Assembly: GCA_028534125.1 (NCBI GenBank) | Contig: CM052816.1 | Coordinates: 101,987,838 to 102,007,837, forward strand | Reading direction: 5' to 3' | Source of the DNA: Lama glama | Taxonomy: Eukaryota | DNA length: 20,000 bases | Shown here: piece after piece, positions 10,746 to 20,000 of the stretch | How positions within the stretch are numbered: the first letter of the stretch is position 1 | Layout of the letters: each line of letters starts with the position of its first letter | Program-made: the position numbers and the translations under genes | The notes under the pieces: generated by a model | Databases searched by the model: none | What the model was told of the DNA's origin: nothing | Seen by the model: only the letters and a program-made list of their open reading frames with translations

Positions 10746-11464
10746 TAATTGTCACTTGATATTTGAAGATGAACGTTTCACGTAAATTAATCTAATAATA
10801 GCAACACATCGCATTTACAAAACCTCTGTGATTATGGCAGGTTGTTCATTTTAAAATCCTGGGCCACGGTTTCTAGGTTCACTGTTTGCTCTAAGGCACT
10901 GGTATAAAGTGGCTTATTTTCCTCAGGGGCAGCTGAGGCCAAGCTGTGGGCTCCAAGCTCCCAACCACCTGCTCCCAGCCTGCTCTTGGGGAATCGTCGG
11001 AAAGTCCTGCTCCATCCACTCGTCCTCAGAGGGAAGACCTGGGGTCCTGTACGGATAGGTCAGCATGGAGCAGACTGCTGGGGAATCTTGGTTGCATTTG
11101 CACAATAAGCTAAGTGGTTAGTCTTAGATTCATAGCTTCAGATACATTTGTTTTTAATATTTTGCTCTTGGAATACAAAAAGTGAAGTGTGGTTTTCTGT
11201 ACAAGCAAAGTGACTTAAGAACAAATGGTCAAAAAAAGGCTCTGAAATATGGGGTATGTTTTCTGTTTGTTCCTCACCCTCCAAATCCCTCTGGGGTGGA
11301 AGAGAGTGAAGCGACTCTGGCCCAGTTCCCCTGACAGTGACTCCCCACTCCAGGATGGTCCAGACCTGGGCCTTCTCCAACCTCTCCCCTCATGCTCACA
11401 GGCAGGTGGCTGCCAGGCCATGCCCTCCAGGGCCCACAGCCACATCAGGAGCCCTCACCCTTCA

Positions 11465-11670
11465 GATCACATGCCCCCAGGCAGCTGACCACATGCCTCC
11501 TGGCTGCTAATCACATGTTCCCAGTCTCAAGAATACCTGCCTCTCAGCGGCAGATCATGTGCCTCCTGGCCACTGGTCTCCTGCCCCCAGGCCCCTGACC
11601 ATGGGCCCAACCCCTGCTGATCATATGCCCCAAGGCTGCTGATCATGTGCCACCAGGCCCAAGATCACGT
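11465..11670. repeat. Degenerate 22-bp minisatellite, 9 full units plus a partial, consensus about GATCAYRTGCCYCCAGGCTGCT
   Basis: Units start at 11465, 11487, 11509, 11531, 11553, 11575, 11597, 11619, 11641 and 11663, for example gatcacatgcccccaggcagct, gatcatgtgcctcctggccact and gatcatatgccccaaggctgct. Confidence 0.9.
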
Positions 11671-13209
11671 TCAGTCCAGTGGCACATTTGGTGCAGTTTT
11701 GAGGCTTCCACCATGGCGGATTTCTCTCTGCTGCTTCCTTGCCTCTGCTCTGAGCATTCAGGGGCCCTGTTCCTACATGCACGCCTTTGGATTTATCTCC
11801 TTTGGGTACTGACCACTGGCATCTCGTAACAGCTTTCCTTCCTCCAGCAGAAGCTCCTGGGTGGAGGGAGATAGACTTGTGCCAGACACCTGTGAGCCCT
11901 GGGCTGTATGTGGGTGGCCCGAGTGTGGATGAGCCCAGAGCAGCTGTGTCACCTGGCCTGCTGAAGTGCTCAGTGTCAGGGAACCCAGGAGCCAGCAGCC
12001 TAGCGGGGGTGCCGAGGACCCTCAGGGACTCAGCAAATGTCCCTTCCAGCAGACAGCCTGGCCAAAGTGGGGAATCTTTGGGGGACTACAGGTGGGAGAG
12101 TCATCGTCTTGTTTCTGGTTCATGAAGTCCAAGTTGGGATGGGATGTGAGATGCACCATGGGAGTGGGAGCTTTGTCAGGGCCTGATGGAAGAGCCGGGC
12201 ACAAGATCGGGTTGGGCCACCATCAAGCCTGTGGCTGTAGAGTGGCATTATTGTGGGGACTGGCCATAGACTCCAGAGGAGGAGCTGACAGTCGCTGGGG
12301 CACAGGGAAAGTGGGGGACTGGGAGGCCCCAGGTGTCTGGGCTCAGCAACCAGGGGAGGTGGGGCTGCCTCCTGGGGTGTGGGGAACAGCAGCCTCACAG
12401 TTTTGTGAGGGGCCTGTCAGCCCTAAGGTGAGAGGGGGATGCAGGGTTTGGAGAGATGCGCCTGACCTGGGGGATGGGTCCAGGGAGGAAGGAGAGAGCC
12501 CAGGTGGGGGCAGGTGAGTTACAGCAGACTCCATGTAGGGGACTGTGGTCCTGAAGGAAGCAGCTCAGAGCCTGAGAGGATTGGCTGTCAGGTGCTCAGC
12601 TTCACTCTCCTGTTCCTTTATAAAGCTGCTGTGTCAGAGTTTGAAACACTGCCCGGGGACCCCCTGAGACCAGTGCTTCCCTGGCTTCATCCAAGGGGTC
12701 AGGTGGAAAACAGAAAAACTGCAGGCCCCGCCCATGTCCCCACAGGGAATGGATCCCATCAGGGCACTGGGCTCACAGACTTCAGGAAACCATGGCCCTC
12801 AGGGCTGGTCTCCTCCTTGCTGTCACCTGCTGATCAGAGGCCCAGGTGCCCCTCCTGGCTCCACCCTCTAGGGCCTGAATTCTGGGACAGCTTGGGGGTA
12901 GTGCAAGACCCTCATACTCTTTTATCTGCCTGAGGGTGAGAATGTCTTAAAGGCTGCATTGGCTGATTTTGGAGGTCTGAATGTTTCCAGCAGGTATGGG
13001 GGGAAGTAAGGGGTGTGAGGTTCCTACATCGGTAGGGCTTTCCCAGGGTAAAGAGCTGTGCCTTCCCCCTCCCAGTCCATTCCCCACACCATCCATCCAG
13101 GAAGCTCAGATCCAGAAGTATAAGGGCCAAGGCTCTCCCTTTGCTTGTTTGTGATTCCCATTCCCACAGCAAGGAGCCTGGCTCCCACCGTCTGCCATTT
13201 ATCAACAAA

Positions 13210-13768
13210 ATTCTCTGTTGCTGGTTACATGCACAGTGGTTTCAGAATTGTTAACTACTACACCCCAGAAAGAACTTTATAATAGAAAGCCCACAGTTTA
13301 ACAATGGTCCGTTCTGCTTTTGCAGAAGAAGTCTGTTCATTTCCAAAGTTAACTTAGGTCAGCACCTTTGCCCACCACCAACTGTTTTTCCCACCTGTTT
13401 CTAATACATTTCATAGATTATGTGTCACACTGTGTGTTCCATCCTGTGACACTGCTACACCCTAAACAACTAAGTCTGAATAGACTACAATTGACCTTTG
13501 GGCTGTACAAATGTGTGGGTGTAGACAAACGTATAGTGACAGGTGTCCATCCCGAAGTATCGCATGGAACACTTCAGCCCCCCCCCGCCATGATCTGCTC
13601 ATGTACGTAGCTTTGCCTTTTCCATAATTGTCATCAATGGGGTCCTACTGGGTGCAGCCTCCTCAGACTGGGTTCTTTCACTTAGTAATATACAAGTGAG
13701 ACTTACCCGTGTCTTTCCATGGGCTGATGGTTTAATGTCTACTGTTGAGGAGAATTCCATTGCGTGTG
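13210..13768 (-). mobile_element. L1MC-like 3' region, antisense
   Basis: gtggtttcagaattgttaac, tttccaaagttaacttaggtcagcacc and cagactgggttctttcacttagtaatat...gtctttccatgggctgat are typical of L1MC 3' ends. Confidence 0.7.
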
Positions 13769-14060
13769 TGTGGGAGGAAAACCTGTTTTCCCTCTGTCCT
13801 TCTAGGTTCTTGGATGAGACCTCCCAGCCCCTAATAAGACAGATTACCAGGAGAAAAACAAACAAGTTGAATAACATGCATACCTCCTATATACAGGGGA
13901 AACATCCAGGAACACTGACTCCCTCCCTGAAATGGCCCAAAGCATCACCTTAAATATGACCTTCAGCTGAAAACAAAAGCAAGGCCTGGGGGAGGGAGGA
14001 AGTCATTTATGGCAGGCTACTGTGAAAGCTCAGTAAACAAGAGTGTAAGGTTTAAAGTTT
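13769..14060 (-). mobile_element. Partial ERV1-type LTR
   Basis: Starts tgtgggaggaaaa...ttccctctgtccttctaggttcttgg and contains agacagattaccaggagaaaaacaaacaag and aaagcatcaccttaaata, resembling laurasiatherian ERV1 LTRs. No matching far terminus or TSD found. Confidence 0.6.
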
Positions 14061-14139
14061 GTGTCCCGGTTCACTTCATTCCATATGGCTTCCTATTAGT
14101 TGTTTCTAAGTATTTGGAGAAGTTACGGATATTTGGCTC

Positions 14140-14410
14140 TATTTCAGTTTGAATTTCCAGTTTAAAGGACTGAGCAGAGCCGCTGTCGGGGCAGGGCCTC
14201 CACTGGCTGTGAGGGCGGCTGGGCCCGCGCTTTCCCATTGGCTGGCCGGGCCCGGAGCCCGCCTCCCCCAGCTGCGGCGGGAATCTGCGTGCGTTCTGCC
14301 CGAGGATCTGGCGTCCTGCGCAGCTGCCTGGAGCCCCTTCTCCTCAGGACCTGCCAGGGCTTCTGGACAACAGGGGGTTATGTCCACGCTGACAGGAGCC
14401 CGGTCTCCTC
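14140..14410. promoter_or_regulatory. Small CpG-rich promoter-like segment (CCAAT box, GC boxes, E2F-like and CHR/TATA-like motifs)
   Basis: About 17 CpGs in 14180-14405. ATTGG at 14237-14241 (minus strand cagCCAATgg), GGGCGG at 14213-14218, CCCGCC at 14258-14263, GGCGGGAA at 14276-14283, TTTAAA at 14161-14166 and TTTGAA at 14148-14153. Confidence 0.5.
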
Positions 14411-14594
14411 AGGACCCAACAGGAGGTGCTGCACTGAAGGGAAGATGAGGAGGAAGGAAAAGTGAGGGAAAGTGAGGAGAAGCTTCCCGTGAGCAGCTGA
14501 CTGCTGAGGGGAAGCCCTCCTCAGAGGCCCCGGGAGAGGAAGGACCGGATGTGGAAAGCTGTGGGGTTTAGTCAGGTTTTGTGGGTGGTGCAGA

Positions 14595-15345
14595 CAGCGT
14601 GCCGTTTCCTTCGTTGGCGTGTGGTGTCCAGTTTTCCCAGCACCATTCATTGAGGGGACTGTCCTTCCCCCGGTGCAGGCTCCTGTCTCCTTTCTTGTGA
14701 GTTAACTGACCACATCCCCGTAGGTTTATTTGCAGGCTCTCTCTGGTCCATGTCCCTGCTGTTGTGCCAGTTCCACAATTCTTTGGTGACTGCTTTTGTA
14801 ATGCCATGTGAAGTCAGGGAGGGAGATGCCTCCAGCCTGTTTCCCATTTGTAGAATCTCTTCAGCTGTTCAGGGTCCTTTGTGTTTCCAGATGAATGCTA
14901 GGGATGTTCTGTTTCTGTGAAAAATGCCACTGAAGTTTATTTTATTTTATTGAAGTATAGTCAATTCACAATGTTCTGTTGTTTTCTGATATAGGGCACA
15001 GTGATTTGACATGCTTTCTTTGAGTTTGAACACTGCTTTGGGTAGAACGGGCATTTTAACATTAATTCTTTCTGTCTGTGAGCACAGGGTATCTTTTCAT
15101 TTATTTGTGTCTGTTCAGATTCTTCCCTCAGTGTCTTAGAATTTTCAGTGTGCAAGTCTTTCACATCCTCGATTAAATTTTTTGCTAGGTATTTTTTTTT
15201 GGATACAGTTGTAAATGGGATTAAAAAAAAGTCTTTCTGATGTTTCATTATTAGTGTATAGAAAGATAACTGATTTTTGTGTATTGATTTTGTACCTTGT
15301 GGCTTTACTGAAATGATTCATTAGTTCTAACAGTGTTTTGATGGT
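14595..15345 (-). mobile_element. L1M (L1MA-like) ORF2 fragment, antisense, with a nested short younger L1 tail at about 14935-15015
   Basis: ccagttttcccagcaccattcattga, gatgcctccagc and ttagtgtatagaaag are ORF2 antisense motifs. Minus-strand translations include ELWNWHNSRDMDQ and YLAKNLIEDVKDLHTENSKTL. The nested piece begins ttttattgaagtatagtcaattcacaatgtt. Confidence 0.85.
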
Positions 15346-16029
15346 TTGATGTGGAAAACTAGAAATCAGAAGTCACCCTGTTTGGACTCCATCCAGGTCA
15401 TCCACAGCACCTAAGACACAGTGGCTCCTAATCTTCCCACAGTGCCTGTAAGTTACATGTGGACTCCTGCAAGGGCGACGAGCATCAGCACTTTGGGTGA
15501 AATGGGTCGCGTTAAGGGTTGGCCTCTATGAGGAAATCTGACGTCTTCTCTGCTTTTTTGGCATGGTGTTGACATGGTTGTTTTCAAAAGTAATGTAGTT
15601 TCTCATAAAGTTTCTTACAAAGTTTTCTTACAAAGTTCCATATAAAATACTTTAAATAGCATTACGCAGTACTCACATTTGCCACCTCGCATGGAACTAC
15701 TCCAGTGGGTCTTACCTAACACTGGGATACTCCCCCAGGGAACCAGCACATAAACCCCAAATGAAGAGATTGTATGATTCACCTTGTAATCCCATCCACA
15801 GGCCGACTTCAGCCTTCCCCATTGCCCCAACTTATGGAAATCCTTTTTCCATTCTGTGCCATTTTTTTTTCCTGAAACTATTACTGAGCGTTTCCCTCTT
15901 TTTCATCCCTTAATGGATTTAAAGCACACAAGATGAGTACGATCTGGGTGGCCTCTTCTGTGTGTCTTCTTTCACTTAGACTGTTTTCAGTCTTTATCCA
16001 AATTGAATCATTAGTGATTCATTCACATT

Positions 16030-16630
16030 TTTCATTGTCATTAAAAATACAGAACATAGCATTTACCACTTAAACCATTTAACTATGCAGTTCTATGGTA
16101 TTAAGTAAATTCATATTGTTGTACAGATGCCTCATGATCCATCTCCAGAAATTATTCATTTTCCTCAAGTGAAGCCCTGTATCCAGTGAACACTGACTCC
16201 CCTCAGCCCCTGGCAGTAACACTCTTTCTATCTCCGCATCTGACTTCTCTGGATGCCTTGTATAAGGAGAATCATGTAATATTTGTCCTTCTGTGTCTGA
16301 CTTATTTCACTTAGCATAGTGACGTCAAGAATTATCCACGTTGCAGTGCGTGTCATAATTTCCTTAGTTTTTAAGGCTGTGCAGTATCCCACTGTGCATA
16401 CACCACATGTACTTTATCCATTCATCCGCTGATGGACAGGTGAGTTATTTCCACCTTTTGCTGCTGTGATTAGTGCTGCCATGGATATGGGTGTATCCAT
16501 TTCTATCCCAGTGCCTGCTTTCACATATTTTGAGCATATATCCTGAAGTGGCATTGATGGATCACATGTCAACCCCAAGTGTAAGTTTTTGAGGAACTCC
16601 CATATGGTTCACCATGGCTGCACCAGTTTA
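16030..16630 (-). mobile_element. L1MB-like 3' end, antisense
   Basis: ccatctccagaaattattcat, tttgtccttctgtgtctgacttatttcacttagcata and tttgaggaactcccatat are L1MB1-3 3'-end motifs. Confidence 0.85.
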
Positions 16631-18110
16631 TTCCTTCATATGGCAGAATAACATGGCAGTTTATGGATGTAACCTATTGTTTATCTGTTTAGCCTTTGAT
16701 GGACATTTCAATTGTTCTACTTTTGGGGCCATTGCGCATAGTGCTGCTATGAATATATGTGTACCTTTTTTGTTTGAACACTGATTTTTAATGTTTTGGG
16801 GTCTATATCTAGGAATGAAGTTGTTGAACCATAAGGTAACTGTATTTTCTATCTTTTTGAGGAAATGACAAACTGGAAATATGTGCTGTACCATTTTCCA
16901 ATTTTTCAAGTAATGTTTAAAAGTTTCAATTTCTCTAAATTTTTGCCAATATTTGTTGTTTTAGTTTTCTTGACTGTAGGGCTTCTAGTGTGCTTGGGAG
17001 GGACGGCATTATGGTATTCATTCACATTTCCATCACGACTGATTTTTAACATCTTTTCATGTTCTTGTTGACTGTCTTGTTTGGAGAAGGGTGTATTTAA
17101 AAAAATATTTAATTTTATTTATTTATTGGTGTTTTTCGTTTTCATTTTTATTAGGTAGAATTATTACTGTTTGCACAAATACATTATATTGCATGTAAAT
17201 ACATATATACAATATACTGTACTTTTTTTTTTAGTTTGCATATAGACAAGGGTCTATTTAAGCCCTTTCACCATGTTAAAGATTGGGTTTGTTTTGTCTT
17301 TTTATGAGTTCTTAAAGTTCTTGATATATTCTTGATACTTCTTTTCAAGTGTATAATGTGCAAATATTTTCTTTGATTTTGTGTGCTGTCTTTTCAGTTT
17401 CTGGATAGCATCTTTGATGTATAAAAGTCTTTAATTTTGAGGAAAGGTAACTTATGTTTTTCTTTCCTTGCTTGTGTTTGCTATCAGATCTAAGAAAATT
17501 GCTAAATCCAAGGTCATGATGACTTATCTCCATTGTTTCTTTGAGAGTTTATACAGCCTTCCTCTCTATTGGTTCCAGGACACCCTATGGATACTAAATA
17601 TCTGTTGGTGCTCAAATCCATTATATAAAATTGTGTATTATTTGCAAATAATCTAAGCACACCTTCTTGTATACTTAAAATCATCTCTAGATCACTTATA
17701 ATAAATAATACAATGTAAATGGTATGTAAATAATTGTGAAGAAAATATAGTATTATTTATATAGTTTCTGGCATGCCACAAATTCAAGTTTTTCTTTATG
17801 GAATGTTCTCAAATTATTATTATTTTTTTATCTGAAGGTGACTGATTCTGCAAATGTGGAATCAGCAGTTGAGGGCTGATTGTCACTTAACCACTCTTTA
17901 AATGTAAGCTTTTTATGTATCTTGAGTTAATTTTGCATGTGGTATGAAGCAAAGATCCAATTTCATTTCTCTTGGAAATGAAAAAAGTTTCACTGGATAG
18001 ACAATTGCCTGGCACCGTTTGTTGAAAACACAATTTTCCCCCCAATCTAATGTTGCCCACTGTGGTAAAAAAAAATCAGTCAGTGCATATGTCTTTTCAC
18101 ATCAGAGTGT
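16631..18110 (-). mobile_element. Old L1M (ME/MD-like) antisense fragments, interrupted by a Tigger-derived element
   Basis: ttgatggacattt...tgctgctatgaatat, tgtgcaaatattttct, ccaaggtcatga and ggcaccgtttgttgaaaa are L1 ORF2/3' antisense motifs. Similar sequence lies at about 15850-16030. Confidence 0.7.
17554..17882 (+). mobile_element. MER2/MER2B-like non-autonomous TcMar-Tigger DNA transposon
   Basis: TA then cag... start, attggttccaggacacc, aaatcatctctagatcacttataata...aatacaatgtaaatg and the terminal gagggctgattg follow the MER2 consensus. The right TA TSD is degenerate. Confidence 0.85.
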
Positions 18111-18224
18111 TGCTCTGGATACACATCCAGCAGTGGGATCTCAGACTTTTCTCACTTCTGACCTAAACAGGAAGAGGTCACTATGTGGAGCGGACACTTC
18201 AGGAGACGGGGCTTTAGCTCCACC

Positions 18225-19600
18225 TCCTTGATGGATGTCATGAATTATTAGGAATTCTTCTGCGTAGGAGTTTTCTATTCAATCCCATTTATTAAAATTA
18301 AAAAAAAACTATGTCATCATTTAACTTCACCACTGTGGACACCTAGATAGTTATTTTAATCTTTTGGTTATAATCCAGCACTACAGGTTTGGTTGCTCTG
18401 TTCATTCCTGCTTTGGCTATTGAGCAGTCTTTCATTGGCTCCTGTTTCCTTTGAGATTATTCACTATTTGGGGTTTTATTTTCCCCTGTTACTTCGTTAC
18501 TTTCTGATACAAGATTCAAGATGATCCTGGCTCATATATTGACTGTCTCAGTCCTAGTATAAGCCATTTCTTCAAAGAGTTGTGATTCCTTTAATTAGAG
18601 AATGATATTAAGAACTTACATATGGAAGGAAAATGTTCTCAGATGACAGTGCAAGGACATATGGGCATGTGCTTCCACCGTAGTGTATTGTTGTTGCTCA
18701 GGGAGCACCCATCTGCCACAACTACATAGTGTTTTAAATTTAAGTTACTTAGAAATGGCCAAAGCAAGAGGGACACTCTGACCCCTGCTCTATCTCCCTA
18801 AAAGCAGGAAATAAGTCTGTCATGTGAAAGGTTCAGAGGTGCATATAAACATAACTTGTAACTCCTTTAATTTACCACCCCAAGCCCAGGCTCTGTTTAG
18901 ATTCTTCACTGAGTACCCAGAAGCTACATTTCTTTGGGCTGTCAGTTGCTAGCAAGTGTATAGTTTTCTAGATGTATAAAATCTGCCTGTTTTCACTACT
19001 TCTTACTTCCCATTTCTGAGACTTCTGTGTAGGAATTAAATTTTCTTCTTCTCGTGTGGCTGTGTCTCATCTTAGTTTTATTGTTAGTCCAGCCACAAGA
19101 AGTACAGAGGGAGAGAGGGTGTAATTTCCCTCCCCCTAGTAGTATACACTCCTAATTATAAACATTTCTTTGTGGAAATGTCTGTATTCATATTAAGCAG
19201 AAGGCGGGCTTATACTGATGCCTCCAATTTGATCCATTATCATATGGACAGTGTACGTCTCCCCACCACCACCCCCATTGCTTATCTGTAACTCCCAGGC
19301 AGACAGTAGAATCCTAGCTCCCACCGTCTTCCATCCATTCAATTCTTTTCTCATTCTGCTCCAGATGAGTGGTTTGAGCATTCTTAGCTCCTGCCCCTGT
19401 TGGATGGATCTTACAGATCCCACTGTTTATGTGCAGTACGTTTTCCCTGTAGTCTACACATCCTGTTCATTCCTGCAGCTACTGAGGCTGGCCCCTTCTG
19501 CTCCACCAGCAGCAGTGAGTGTTTTCACACACTTCTAATACAGAGCCTGTGTTACATCCTGCACTCCATCCTGTGACACTACCGCTTACTTGATCACATA
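18225..19600 (-). mobile_element. L1MC/MD-like 3' region, antisense, split by an LTR
   Basis: agccatttcttcaaagag...ttcctttaattagagaatgatatta lies before the LTR and tactgatgcctccaatt...gacagtagaatcctagctccca after it. Confidence 0.65.
18688..19139 (+). mobile_element. MER34/MER39-like ERV1 LTR nested in the old L1
   Basis: ctctgacccc...ccctaaaagcaggaaataag...catgtgaaagg, TATA-like gtataaaa at about 18974-18981, attaaa at about 19035-19040 and a U5-like end ttagtccagccacaagaa...tttccctcccc. Boundaries are approximate. Confidence 0.7.
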
Positions 19601-20000
19601 ATTGACTTATTTCTGTAAGAAATGGAAATCTCCCTCGCAGAAGGGCAACCTCTACTCTGTTTTCTGAGAGTCTTTTTTTATTTTAATTACTCAGACTGTA
19701 GTAGTCACTAGGCTACAGACCTATTTGGGGGGTGGCACATTCTGCTCCCCGTGACATGAATGTGCACTACTTTGCTTATGTGTTCACCTACAGACGGGCA
19801 TACTGACCACTTGAGTTTCTAAGCTGTTATGAATAGACCTCCTGTGCATTACTTGATGTTAGTTTTTATTGGAACAGTTTTTCAAAGCAGTTGGTTAAAT
19901 TCAAGAGATGATATTTTTTGATTCTACGTTTAGAGACTGTTTAGCTTTGGAAGAAACTGCCACACTGTCTTCCAAAGCTGGCCTCACCTGTCTTCCACTA

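Noticed and set aside
11465..11670. Regular repeat array as a CRISPR locus
   Set aside because: Units abut with no unique spacers, there are no cas genes and the context is mammalian.
11966..12933. 183-aa and 139-aa ORFs
   Set aside because: Composition merely reflects G-rich or GC-rich sequence, starts are non-ATG and no homology is recognised.
14149..14448. 99-aa ORF across the CpG-rich segment
   Set aside because: Ala/Gly/Pro-rich translation typical of GC-rich non-coding DNA, with a non-ATG start.

Overview
Mammalian (eutherian) genomic DNA, not prokaryotic. The young L1 3' UTRs look like camelid L1s as I recall them, and I see no Alu, B1/B2, Bov-tA/BovB, PRE1 or Can-SINE, so a camelid is my tentative guess. 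There is no intact recognisable protein-coding gene. The clearest feature is a full-length processed pseudogene of CRABP1 (10048-10745, +). It is intronless, has both UTRs, ATTAAA, an A-tail remnant and a target-site duplication (TSD), and is disabled by a frameshift/stop and a C-terminal deletion. Roughly half the window is transposon-derived: a young 5'-truncated L1 with a 16-bp TSD, a complete solo ERV1-type LTR with a 4-bp TSD, other LTR pieces, a MER2-like Tigger element, MIR and many old antisense L1M fragments. Structure these features do not explain: (i) a chain of minus-strand exon-shaped AT-rich islands, including a 12-nt microexon, possibly headed by a small CpG-rich CCAAT/GC-box promoter near 14.2 kb, which may be a decayed gene or lncRNA; (ii) an indel-free 22-bp minisatellite rich in E-boxes; (iii) old L1 fragments with strong local AT-to-GC drift. 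Repeat family names come from memory of consensus sequences, not from a search.
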